Shown here: positions 1 to 13,500 of the stretch, piece after piece
Layout of the letters: each line of letters opens with the position of its first letter
Position numbering within the stretch: position 1 is the stretch's first letter
Assembly: GCA_965112155.1 (NCBI GenBank)
Contig: OZ218099.1
DNA from: Podarcis liolepis
Lineage: Eukaryota
DNA length: 64,000 nt
Strand: one strand, 5' to 3'
Program-made: the position numbers and the translations under genes
The notes under the pieces: generated by a model
What the model saw: the letters and a program-made list of their open reading frames with translations, nothing else
Databases searched by the model: none
Told to the model about the DNA's origin: nothing

Positions 1-69
1 GGGGCAGTATTTCAATATGAGTAGGAAAATGAGAGTACCCCTAAACATTTTTTTAGAAAAAAAGTGCTG
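1..69. mobile_element. Terminal fragment of a non-autonomous DNA transposon (hAT-like MITE), cut by the window edge
   Basis: Ends ...aaaaaaagtgctg (CAG-type terminus on the - strand); resembles a common lizard MITE end; the other end is not visible. Confidence 0.45.
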
Positions 70-96
70 CCTCTAGTGCTTTATGATTCTTTATAG

Positions 97-393
97 CAGG
101 CATGTCCAACTCCCAAGAGACTGTGATCTACTCCCAGTATAAAAAAACTGGCAGTGATCTACCCATTGTCATTGGAGGGAGGAGGAGTGTGTGTGGGGTG
201 GGTGGATTGCCCAGAGCTATTGAACTTTTTTTAGGAGGGAAGTGCCCAGAGTTGTTGAGCTTTTTGGGGGGAGGATTGCACAGAGTTTTTAAGCTTCCCC
301 CCTAACTTTTTGTACACGATAAGGATCCCGCAATCTACCAGGATCAGCCAGCAATCTACCGGTAGATCATGATCTACTGGTTGGACATCTCTG
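97..393. mobile_element. hAT-superfamily MITE
   Basis: TIRs CAGGCATGTCCAAC / GTTGGACATCTCTG (12/14) and a perfect 8-bp TSD CTTTATAG (89-96, 394-401). Confidence 0.9.
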
Positions 394-1115
394 CTTTATA
401 GTAATCCAGATGGGAAACTCTCAGAACATGGATCATCACTGTAGCTAGGCTAACATTGTCAATGAACAGTTGCAGTGGGCAAACCAGCCAAAGCTGCCAA
501 AAGACTCTATGAGCCACTGAGACCACCTGGGCCACAAGTGACAATGCTAAGTCAAGGAATACCCCCAAGCTGCATTACTGCTTTTTCAAGGAGGGTGCAG
601 CCTCATCCAGAGCAGGATACTCACAAGTGTCGCTTGTGTTTGCCATTCATTTTCTGATGCCTTTCCATAGAGTATCACTTCGTCTCTCCTTGTGGAGGTG
701 GTGAGACACTACTAGTCTAGGAGAGAAAATTGAGTACAGATGAATGCAACCTCACACCCTTCTTCTCTTCTGCCTTGCAGCCTAAATTAAAGATTGGTTT
801 ACAGCGTGTTCCTTCAATGAGAATCACTTCTAAATTTACTTTTTTAGGATTGCAATGGAGTGGAGAACCTCCAACCTATGCCCTGCCAGGGGGTGAACTT
901 TGGCCCGTAAGGCCATTTCCCCCAAACTCTGCCCACTGATGATGTCAGCTAGGGCAGGGCTTCTTGCGTGTTCAGTGAAAGCAAGGAGACCTGAGTTTAT
1001 TCTTCATCGCTGCGCAATGCAGGCATCAGTTGTAATAGGGACTTCTATGTCACACGGTGATAAAGAAGCAGGCACTTGTTTTGCACTACTGTACTTTACT
1101 GTACCCTAATACACT

Positions 1116-1354
1116 AGTGTGGTGTAGTGGTTAAGAGCAGTGGACTCATAATCTGGTGAACTGGGTTCGATTCCCCGCTCCTCCACATGCAGCTGCTGGG
1201 TGACCTTGGGCTAGTCACTCTTCTCTGAAGTCTCTCAGCCCCACTCACCTCACATAATGTTTGTTGTGGGGAGGAAGGGAAAGGAGATTGTTAGCCACTT
1301 TGAGACTCCTTGGGGTAGTGATAAAGCGGGATATCAAATCCAAACTCTTCTTCT
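1116..1354 (+). mobile_element. tRNA-derived CORE SINE (MIR/Ther1-derived, Squam3-like)
   Basis: A box (tggtgtagtggtt), B box (ggttcgattcc), CORE-like gtgaccttgggctagtcac, (CTT)n tail. Confidence 0.85.
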
Positions 1355-1501
1355 AACTTTGAGGTTGTTTTGGTTATTTTAATTTAATAATATGAAACTA
1401 AAATAGAAGCTTTTGTCTTGATGGAGACCACTAAGATCTTTGTACACACAACATGTAAAATATACTTTAGTAATTTTTCATTTCCCCTTGATTTCTTGTA
1501 G

Positions 1502-1548
1502 CTGAGGAGGAGGCAAATGAAGAGGATGTCTTAGGAGAAGAAACAGAG
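1502..1548 (+). CDS. SARNP: SARNP coding exon 3 (47 bp)
   Basis: ttcttgtag|CTGAGGAG...ACAGAG|gtaaat; encodes (A)[15 protein letters not shown]. Confidence 0.95.
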
Positions 1549-4500
1549 GTAAATTATAGTTCAGTGTAAGACAGTTATTTAATTATGTAGTTCATGTAAC
1601 TTGTATTATGTTCCATCCTGATCTTGGCTGCTCTTTATCTTTTTGTTTTTGGTAATAGGATGCATAGCGATAAGGATCCATGTCACAAGTGTATTTGAAC
1701 TGTTCATCATTTGAACTAGTTTAATTGAAAGCTCTTTGGGGTAAATGTCTTTAGTAGGCAATTGTTTATAAAATATATAATTAGGAATATATCCAGCGCT
1801 AATGTTAAATGATGCTCATGATTAGGAAGCCATAGAGAATATATTGATTGTAGAATTGGAGATGTGCAACTGTGTTCATTTGAGATTTTTGAATGGAGTG
1901 TCTGGTAACCAGCTACAAATCTTTAATAAAATATGTACTTTTTGTCACTTGTAGATCTAGAACTAGAAGGGTGACATGTAAGGTCTTTTGCATCCACTAC
2001 AGTTTTCTGAGGTGGAAGAGAGGAGCTTGTTTTAAAATGATTTTGCTGAGATGGTTTATATGTGAAGAGCGAGCAAGGCTGTTGCAGGGCGGAGGGGGTT
2101 TGCTGAAATGCTCAGTGATTCTAAGTAATGTATATTCTGTGCTACAGTTTCCTGTACTGCAAAGGTACACATTAAACGGTGGTTGAGTTTGAATTTATCA
2201 TTCTTCATACAACTGTTTTTACTATTCGTGGTTACTAAAATATTGCTTTGCTAAGAAATTAGTTTTTAGCAAGATGCATAAAATGGGAAATTTGTATTTT
2301 ATTAACTTTAAGGTTAACTGAAGTTATAAAATAGTCAAGGAATTAAATGTTTGTTTATTACCACTGTGTCCCAGTATTAGTGTGGGAGTGCACACTGAAA
2401 TAACTCAGGGTTTCTTTCATGATTACAAAGCTTGTATTTAATTAAGGTTGCAAAAAACTGAATCCAGCCTGCCAGTAGTCTGAAAGAGAATGAATTTTAA
2501 GTAGTATTTCTAAGTTCAAGCAACACTGAGTAATAACATTTCTGATTCCAGTTCTAGATTAGTTTTTTGTTTAGTTTTGTCTTGTTTTTAGAATGTAGAC
2601 TGCTTAGTGAGTTATTTGTGAATCTTTTTTTAAAAAAACAACAACCCATAAAGTGCAATGTAATCTTGCGTGTCCCAGTTGCTTCACAAAAATTCAAATT
2701 ATTTGGACAATCAGGCTTATATATACAGTAAACATGATTGCTGTTCATGCTGACATAAAATACTGTACATCTGGATAACTGGACATTTTTCAGCATTGGG
2801 GCTTTGGAACACATTTGTGCTCAGAAACATTGATGGTTTACATCAGTCCAATAAATAAACTATGATGCCCATAACATAATTTGAACTTCACCCAAAGAGT
2901 ATTACATTCAGTTCTGAATTTAGCTGTCTAAAAGGCATAAGAACCACCCCCTAACTATTTACACAAATAAGTACAGTTGCACTTGTAACTTTTACAATTG
3001 TGCTCCACTGATGCGCAAAATGGTCGCGGCCTGTATGTAAATTTGCCCACAAGACTTTGCAAGGTTGAGATTCTATTCATGTTTAAGGTCCCATTGAACT
3101 CTGGTTCCTATGTCCAATAAGATTTGCATTGTATCAGATGGTTATCTGCAGTTCTCATTAACATCTTTTGTGAGGCTTATATTCATTTTGTTCTCTAGGT
3201 TTACCTCTCTCCTTGTTGACTGTTTATGTTGCAGGAGGAAGAACAGAAGCCCACAGATGCTCCTATCAAAGAGGAAGTAGCTATTGAGAAATCAACTGAA
3301 GTGTAATTATCTGCCCTTCATAAGCTAGAACGTATTGGTCAAACATTAATGTGTTTGTTTACCGTCAGTATTTGTGTGCCACCTGACCACTAAGACTTTG
3401 TCATTGTATGAATCTGTAACTCTATAGATGAATGGATGACTAGTGGTGGCTAGGGATTACATGTTGAATACTTCGGCTTTTTTGGAAATCACAAACCAGA
3501 AGGCTAGCTAAAAGTTAAAATTAAATATAGACCCGTTTGGAGTTGACAAAGTCCCATATTCTTTTATAGAACATCCAAGTTATTGGACATCTTTGCATGT
3601 AGGAATTTACTCTATCATCCTTGAGCCAAATGTCTATGGCAATCCAACCTCAAAATCTCTTAAGGCTATATATATATTGAACTTAATAAAGAAGTAAGAA
3701 TTTTTCACCAATATAATAAAAATGTTGCACCATGGAAAGCTACATTTTGTAACCTAAGTAGTTTTACCATATCTCTCCCCCCACCCCCGGCATTACCTCC
3801 CTAGTCTCTTGTCAGTATATTGTCTCTCTCTCTTTCTCTCTCTCTCTCCAGAGAATCTCACATTCGGTTCTTGTTAGCCTTTGTAGGTGTAAGAAGAATT
3901 GTTAGAGCCATCTTGGCGTTAGTAAAGACAAAGCAAAAGTACACAGTTTAGCTTGCAAAGCTCATTCTCATTCCACATCAAGGAATAGGCAAGTTGTAAA
4001 AAAGAATAGGGCCACCTGTGTCAACGACATGCTTTAAAGGCTAAAATAGAGAAGCAAATTGCCCATTTGTCCCTTGTGCCATTCATCAGCTAAACATTTG
4101 AAGGGGTATGCAGCCTACTCCTGACCCTCACGCACACAGACTGTGCAGGGAAAAGAGGTCAAGGAGGGTGAACTACCACCGCCCCTAGCAATTACGTTGC
4201 ATCTCCTAACGGATTGTCTCACATTTTGAGATGCCTGGTTTTAAGATAGATAAAATGTAGCAGGCCTGTGTGTTTCATGAGCAGATCCCATATCCTTGCT
4301 CTTCTAGCTGCTTTCAGCTTCCTTATCAGACTGAACCAGATGCACAAGGATATCTTGATATAGTAATTGCATGCAGTGGCCTGAATTACCTGAGGGCACA
4401 GTTTTCACATTCGCTAGGTGTATTTCTTTATTAATTGTTTGGAATATTTTCACTTCGCTTTCCATCCCCATAGCGTTCTCAAGGCAGCTTACGGAGAAAA

Positions 4501-7500
4501 GATAATAAAACAACTTACTGAACCAGCAAAACCCTTTGTAACAAAAGTATTTTGTTCTCAATTATTAGAAGGTAATTAGAATAAAGTACTCTAATTGTCC
4601 CAATTCATATTTAGACCTTTTTCTGGCTAATTCTTCCAGCTGTAGAAATTAGGTACATTTTTATCATTTTTATCAGATGGCAAAATAGAGCTGAGGAGAA
4701 GACAAGTGATTGTTTGGGAGAATAAGGTTCTGCTACCGTAATTTGCATTATGGAGGTCCCTGCTCTGTTTTATGTATACGTTGTACCTTTCTTGGCAGCA
4801 AAGTCATTGGAATGTAGAAGCACTGAATTCAGTGGGGCTCACTCACAGATAACAGGTTAGGATTGTAGTCTTAGTAGCTTGAATATTTTATGCCAGTGGC
4901 GTTTGTGCATAAAGTGAAAGGGTGAGTACAGTTCTCAGGGAATAAGTTCTTAGTTCAAGCTATGGCTGTATTCATGGTGCAATGAGAAAAAATTATCTGG
5001 ATCATTGCCTTCATTTTCTGTGCAAATATATGTGAAAATTCCTATTGAATGAAAATTACAAGCTTGAGTTTCTAATCATCATTCCCATAAATATCAGTCA
5101 GATGTTGCTATCTGCCCTATATTTATTGGGATTTTTTATTTGAATGACTGTTGTTGCAGCATATTATTACATAACCCTGATCTATTAGCAATTAGTAGCA
5201 ACCCAAAAAGCATACAATTTGACCAAATCCTATGCTGTACAGCTGAATTTTCAGTTTGGAGACCACAATTATGTGAATTTTAGTGTAGTGGCTGTTCCTA
5301 GGCAGCAGGGGGTGCCCTTTCTCCGCATCACAAACAGAAGGCAGCAAACAGTGCTGCAGGGGTAACAAGTCCCTGGTTCCTGTTCTGAATTGCTTCCTGT
5401 GAAAAAGTCATTAAACCATTACTACCTTTCAGGGCATAAAATAGAAAAACTGTCCAGGAATCCTGAACAAAAGCCATCCATTTCTCTAAATGGGAGACCT
5501 TAATGAGTCAGGCTATGACCCACTGTTTTATGGGAGCTGTTTGGAGGAGGAGGATGCTGTTTCATTTAGCCTGGGAACTTCCGAACTTTGCATCTTCTTC
5601 CTTTGTTTTCTTTTGCAAACCTCAACCCTGTTTTCAGAGCATAAACTTCCAAGCACGCCCACTCCATTATATTTTTGTTTGAGTTGTTTACTGGCTCCCA
5701 TTGCACATTGTTAAAGAAGTGTGTGTTTGAAATGGAGCCATAGCTGACCTGGCCAAAAGTCAACCATAGCTGTCCCATGAACTACAGCACAGCAGTCCCT
5801 TTGTGAATATGTGGTCATAAAAGAATAAAGATCTGACGGCATATAGCATAAGCTTGAGGTTTCTGGTTGGGGTTGACTGTTCATCGTAAGTGGTTTATAC
5901 CGGTTATACTATGCGAATGATTACATGCTAAATAGGACCTCATTTATCTAACTGGTGTAGAACGCATCCAACTATTTGAATATGCAATTCGAACTTCAGA
6001 TAAAGAGTCCAGTTTACATTGGCATGTGAGAGAGACAGTGAGTCTGGAGTTCTGTAATGTCTCATGGTTCGTCATCTTCATACTTTGCCTATTCCCTTTA
6101 TTCTTCCTATCCTTTCAAGTTGAATGACATCTGTTTCATACAGAGTTGAAGATAATTTCATTCTTTTCAAGGTTGTACAGATAATTGGGGTTTAAACAGA
6201 GGCTAAATATGAGGGTTGTCATCATACAAGCAGAAAATGACTACCAAGCTCCACATTTGTTCCATTGGTCCTGCACCTTGCTAGAGCAGAGATGAAACCC
6301 ATGAGTTGATTAAAGGTTTGCCCTTATCAAGACAGGATACTTTCCTTTACACAGTCAAATTCTTTCTTTTTTACCCCCGGTTCTCTTTATAATATATATC
6401 CATGCATACATTAATTGACTCATGGAGTACTATGTGAACTGCAGACTCGTTCAGTTTCAGCACGTGCTGTTACTGTTGCCTGTCTCTTCCTGGTTAGAAA
6501 CAATATAGTCTGTAAGCAATCATGTTTCTTGTTGGTTTCTGAGCATGTACAAAATCTAAATTAACAAACTGGCTGACCATCCACCAGGCCATTAGGCACA
6601 CAGATCCCATTTAGTGATTTCATCTTTTATTCCATCTTCAAATCTAATTTTTTACAATGTATTTTGTATCATTTTCCTGTTACTTAGGTCTCATTCAATA
6701 TATATGTATGTTTCTACATATATTTTACAAATTCCAAAATAACTTGTTATCATATCAGTTAATGCAATATGCAACTTTCCCTAATCTTACCTTCAATTGA
6801 TACTACATTTTCCAGGCTTTCTTTGCCAATGTAATTTCTTACTAAATCCCTACATTTATCTTAAAGAAAATATTGTTTATGACCACATAAAATTAATTCT
6901 GAGGAAGTTTGGATTTCATAATCAATTTTCCTTTATTCCACCACCCCACCCCACCCATTTTAAAAATTTTATTAATCAATACCACCAGATGCTGATTTTT
7001 AATGTCTCCTTATCCTGGTATTGCCAGTATTTCGCTGAATTGTGTCAATATAGCTTCCTATTTTTTAAAGAGGTATATTATTGAAGTAGAACACCTCTTA
7101 TTAAAATAGTGTTTACTGAGCATTTTTCAAATATAAATTATTGTTACACTGACAACAGCTTTAGGGAAGACAGGACAGACTTCTGGAGCTCAAACAGAAA
7201 CTGCAGTCATAGTCAAATGTTCTTCAAAAACCACTTGCAGGAAATAGTTCAGGCTTGGCTACAGATTAAATTGTTGAAAATAGACACAGTTGATATGTTA
7301 TTTATGCTTCAGTCTGTCAATTTATCTTCCTCTAGAGGTGCAGAGAAGAAGGTGGTGAAAATTGCCTCAGAAATTCCACAAACGGAGGTAAGGTTTTCTC
7401 TTTTTCCAATTATTTTCATCTGAGTTTAACAACTAGGCTCCCACATTTGGAAATAGTGTTCTGTCTCCACCATAATTTTAGCACATGTAGCTCAGATTCG

Positions 7501-10500
7501 GACAGTGTTTTATAGTGTATGTTACTGAGTTTTTCTTTTTCTAGTCTGCTGTTGGTTTGCTATTACCAGGTTGTTCACCTTCCTCTCTCCTCCGCTTTTG
7601 GGCACTAGAAAGAGATATTGGGAGCATCTGCTTCCCATTGTAAACAAACCACAGTTCTCACAAAGCATAGTTTAAACAAAACACAGTTCCTGGAGTTCAG
7701 CCATCATGGAGAATTTTGGCTTGTTTACTGTGGAAAGATGGGGAATGGGGACTGCTTGAGCCATTTTACATAGCAGGAAGCAATATCCCCCCCCCCCAAT
7801 TTCCTCTGAACTGCTTCTGTATAATAAAGTCATAGGTACATTCACATTAACACTAAGCCATATATTAGTGCTATGTAGTTGAGCCCAAGTATGTTTCTCT
7901 CCTTCCCCTGCTTTTACATGACGAGGAGGAGGACTTCAGCAATGTTTAGCTTTACTTTTAAAGAACCTGGCTTAATATTACATTTGAGCCAGGGATTCTT
8001 ATTTGAAACAGACTCTTGTCAGTTCTTAACCAGCTTCAGACCATAGGCTATGAAGTTGGTTTGTTCAACTAACTGTTTAGCTTAAACCAGGGTTCTTGGT
8101 TCAAATGTAATGTTAAAAAGTGAAATAAACTCTGCTGAAGTCATCTTTCTGGCCATGAAGGAAGAGGAAAGGGTTGAGGGAAACGTGTAAACATTACACC
8201 ATGCTTGGGTTTATACAGGCTAAGCCATGGTCCAGCACAGCAGTAGCCAACACTCTGCCTGCCAGAAATTGTGAACTGCAACTCTGACCCCTTGTGCTAA
8301 GCTATCAGAGAGTTGGACGGAGAGACTTTGATCACTGCAGATGGTGACAGCAGTCACGAAATTAAAAGACACCTGCTTCTTGGGAGAAAAGCAATGACAA
8401 ACCTAGACAGCATCTTAAAAAGCAGAGACATCACCTTGCCAACAAAGGTCCGTATAGTTAAAGCTATGGTTTTCCCAGTAGTGATTTATGGAAGTGAGAG
8501 CTGGACCATAAAGAAGGCTGATCGCCGAAGAATTGATGCTTTTGAATTATGGTGCTGGAGGAGACTCTTGAGAGTCCCATGGATTGCAAGAAGATCAAAC
8601 CTTTCAATTCTTAAGGAAATCAGCCCTGAGTGCTCACTGGAAGGGCAGATCCTGAAGCTGAGGCTCCAATACTTTGGCCACCTCATGAGAAGAGAAGACT
8701 CCCTGGAAAAGACCCTGATGTTGGGAAAGATGGAGGGCACAAGGAGAAGGGGACGACAGAGGACGAGATGGTTCGACAGTGTTCTTGAAGCTACCAGCAT
8801 GAGTTTGACCAAACTGCAGGAGGCAGTGGAAGACAGGAGTGCCTGGTGTGCTCTGGTCCACGAAGAGTCAGGCACGACTAAACGACTGAACAACAAGTCT
8901 AATCTGCCAATGCAGGAATCCCCTACTATTGCATCACTGATAAGCAGCTTTCCCCACTTCTGCCTAAAAACTGAAAAAGTTAGCTTTGGATTCAGTAGTT
9001 GTAGTTTGTACTGTGTCTTATTAGCCTTAATTCTCCTATGCCACATATATCTGTTGCTGTAGTCTCTATTAGCTTTATGATGTGTAGCTCTATTGCAATT
9101 AGTAAATGAATACAGCCTGTGTTATCTTTTGGCTTGCATTGGCAAGAGAGATCACTAGACCAGTTTTGGAGAACTGATTACTTATTATTTCGCAGTGTGA
9201 GATGAAATGTATTTGCTATGCCTCCATATCTGCCCTTCAAATTGTTCTCTTCTCATTCTGTGGCTCTTTCTCCACACTCGCGTTAGGAACCGCTTCGAAC
9301 ATTAAAGGAGATATGGACACGTCTGTAATCTGTCTCTTATACAGAGTTTGGCCTTCTTCTAAGGGAGCAAAGGGTTCTGTGGATAAACCTGGCATACACT
9401 TTCTCTCTTACATCTGTTTGGCTTCCTTAATCCTTTATTTTCATCACTTTCCACTGCGCTCTCTCTAACTGAGGAAGCTGATATGAAAACACAAGTCTGT
9501 CTCCCTGCTGTTCAACTGTCACCTTCAAGATCTAATCTGCCTGTAAGCTGACCACAGCAATTGAGGACTGATGTCACAAATCATGGATTATTACTTTGGT
9601 GGGGCAAGTAACCAGAAACAATAAATAGAAAATTATCTGAAATGGAGCTGGTACTGAAAGAGTGACGTCTTCTAAACTTTGTGGGAAGCCTTCATCAAGG
9701 GATCATTAAATTATTCTACTTGCGTCTTCTCTTGCTCCCTCTGCTTTCGATTTGCAAGTCTGCCAAACTCCATTCTTTCTCAAATCCCTTGATGTTTCAT
9801 GAAACTTTTAAACTTTATAATGTAAATACCTTCCAGACTCAATTGACGTACCCAATGTATCATGACCTTCTCAGAGCAACAGGGTTTTATTTTCAGCACT
9901 GTCATTAAGGGTGCTGCACTTGAACTGCTTTCAGGTCACATAAGGAATTGAGATTCTTCTCAACTTGTAGAAAACCTCACTTTAGTGAACAAGTTTACTG
10001 TTTGCAAGAATTAGCAATGGGTTGTGCTGTCCAATGAAGGGTCCATGCATTTCTTAGGTTGACAGTAGGTCATACCATGAAGTGTTTTAATTTGATCGTC
10101 ATAGATATGTTGCTGCATCCATGAAGCTTTTAGCCATTAGGAATGAAGCTATCTTCTATTCATGCAGAAATACTATATATGTTGGGCTTTCTGCATGTTT
10201 CATACAGTTATTTATTGTAAGTAACTGAATTTCTTTGTCTGATCATCTTTCATTTACGCCACAAACGAACGCACGTTGAATCATGTGTTCCATGCAAAAT
10301 TATTTATTTGTGAAATGTAGCCTTTTTATGAGCCTATTCCAGCGTATGTTCTTGGACTCCTGCCATGTTCTGTAAAACAATTTTGCTTTTCATTTGTAAG
10401 ATAGATTTTATCTTAACTTCTGTTGAAGTTCTGTTTTGCATGTTTCCGGATCAGCTGTGATCTGTTTGAGCTGTCACTTGCTTTTTGCAGCTAGGTGGGG

Positions 10501-13500
10501 AAATAAGTTGCTCATTTTGTATTCATGCCGGGGCTGCTATTCCTGTGACTTCTGGGCAGAGCTTTTTCTGGTTGAAATGTGCAACATTACTGCCAACATC
10601 TATTTCAGCTGCCCTGGTTTGTGTATGTGTCTGAAGCAGGTACACATTTCCCTTCATAGTAGCTAAGATAGAAGTAGCCAATACAGCCTTCTTCTGATGA
10701 TGCTCAACTCCTAACAGCCCCAGCCAACATGGTGAATTTAATGGATGATGGTAGTTGTAATCCTGCAACGTCTGTGGCACACCACGTTGGCGACCTCTGA
10801 GCTAAACGTTCTTCTAAATACCGATGGCTGTAGCAAAGGGCATGAGGTTACATACCATATATTGTGTTGGCTAATGAGAAACCAGGCTTCTGAACAGAAG
10901 CATGCCTACTGGAACAGCCATTTGCACTATTCCGTCTCTCTCTTGTTAAGGGATTGGCGCTGTATTCTTGGTAGTTTAAAATTTCGCCTACCTCAATATG
11001 CTCTTAGCAACAAAGATGGATCATTTCATATCTACCAACAGAAACACAAGCTTACTGGGTGTTTACCACTTATTCTGTGTCCATATTGTCAGAGTTGTCA
11101 TAACCTCTGGCTCATTAAAACATGTTGATTGTTGCATCAGGAGAAACAGTCAGAGATTCTCAAGTAGAGATAGGAAATAAAAGTTGATAGTCTCAGTGTT
11201 TGGATGGACCTGGTGGTGTCTCACCACAACAATTGCCCTGCTTCCACAGCATCTTTTCTTCCAAATCTTGGAATAAGCAGGAGATTGAAAAGTTTAATAG
11301 ATAGATGCAGGTGGGAATATACTTATGACTACACATAAATCTGGAACAAAATTCATTGTTTTTCTATATTGCCTACCATATTTGTATTCTTTATCTTCTA
11401 CTTTAGAGAATGCAGAAACGGGCAGAGAGATTCAATGTACCTGTGAGTTTGGAGAGTAAGAAGGCTGCACGAGCAGCTCGGTAAGTCTTTATTTATTGTC
11501 ATTATTTGTTTTCTGTGGCTGCTTTTTAACCATTGTGCAGATCAAAGTTTATTAGAGATGCATTGTGCAACTGACATGTTCTAGTTGTCTGCAGTGACTA
11601 CCTTTGGAATTTGAGTTGTGGGTAACCAAAAATGGCTTAAATAGAATTTCACAGTTGTCCTCATACTTCCATAGCCTATCCAGAGTATTAAATCTTAGTC
11701 TTTCTTCTAAGAGAAACTGTTTCATAGACTAAGTAACAATGGAAGATAGAAAGGGAATGGGGAAATATCCAAGATAATATTTTAGAAAAACAAAAACAGG
11801 GTGTAGTAGACTTCTCTCATAATGTCCTTTTCCAGGTAGAAGTCTGTCTCCCCCCAGAAGATGTCAAAATTACCATAAAATCTATGAACAACTGGTTGTA
11901 TGGTCAGTTCTTTTCACATGCTTTGAAATGTTAAGACAAATAAATGAGACAAATTATTATTATCATAAATTAAGTAATATCCCATGTTTTCACTTCTGTG
12001 CTGCTATTCATGAGCAACACAAATGGTCGTGAAAGGGATTAAAAATGAGGAAAATACCATACACAGGTGTGTTTAACCTTACCATCTGCTGATAAGATAC
12101 CTTGCTCTTTATATCAAGAAAAGTACATTGAAGACTTGTGAAAGATCCAGAGCTTTAAACATCCAATTATTAAACAATGTGTAATGGCAAATAAGAATAA
12201 CCTACAAGGAAGAATAACCCACAATTTCCCTTTTGGACCATCTGTTCTGCTTGATTGGTGATTATCTTGTGAACAAGGCAGAAATGCTATGTAGATCCAA
12301 CTTTGTTTGCTGCTCTGATTCAATCTAGTAGTCTAGGTATGTCATGTATTAAAATTGTTTTCTAATCTATGTCATGGTTTAGAGACCCAAAACCTCAGAG
12401 TCCCTAACCAGGGTTTCTCTCTTCTCCACAGGTTTGGTATGCCTGCAGCTTCAACTAAAGGTATGTGATTCTTGAAGCGGTATCTCATATTTTTGCCTTC
12501 CTTTGAATGATTGTGACCATTTTGCTTCCATGCTGTAAAAACAGGGTTGAAAATGAGGTTTCATTGTCTTTGTACCCTTACAACATGGTTCCAGCCATGG
12601 TTATTCACTGGATTTTTAATCTCCTTGCAAGATCCTCTTGCTGATAAATTAATATAACTTAATCTTTTTTATGGAATTACATAGTAAATCCCAGAATAAC
12701 CTGGATTTGGAAATACCATGTTTTTACTAAACCACTGGAAATCCAACCCGTGGCATCATTATGAACTAAATGCGATGGATTCTGCAGGTCTCTGAAGGGC
12801 CAAAGCAAGGACCAAAAGCTGTAGATGCAAGTGACAAAATTATTATTTCTCCCAGTGCTTAACTCTGGATTAACAATTAGAATGAATGTTTGTATTTCTG
12901 TTAGAGGATGAATCATTTTAGAATTAAGGTGGTAACACATAGTACCTGCATGGACTTTCTAGAGAGTTGGTGTAGGCCACAGAACATGGCAGACCCCTGA
13001 TGTAGTAACTGGCAGATACTAAAAGTCCCACTGAGCTCAGTGAGGCTTGTACTTTGGTACCTGGATATAGGACTAGAATCTTAAAAAAGTTCACAGAGAG
13101 AAAGCTTCCTTCCCATCCCATTTTGTTCAGGTGGGTCTCCCCAAGCTTCCTTGAGAAGCTTTTCGGAGATTGCAGGAAAGAGGAGAGAACAGGAAACATT
13201 TATTCTGCTAATGCCCTATTAATTTTGGAATCTAAGCCATTATATATTCTAATAAAAATTTCCACTTCAAGCATATTTTGAGTCCCTTTTGGCTTTAAGA
13301 CCACTACTTTGATTCTAACCACTTTTTAAATTTACTATTTAGGCAATTGGAAGAAAGCTTGATTCAAATATGATAATTTAAAATGGTTTTTGTTCCCTAT
13401 TTCAGGTCTTGTGACAGAAAGCAAGACTACAGTAAGTAGCTACTTTGCTTACAGTTATAGCTGGCTTGGTTTTACAATGGTACTTCATTCATTAAAACTT

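Noticed and set aside
7109-7423. 104-aa ORF as a standalone gene
   Set aside because: Only 7336-7387 is coding (SARNP exon 5); the rest is intron.
8486-9046. 186-aa minus-strand ORF
   Set aside because: Antisense shadow of the BovB fragment.
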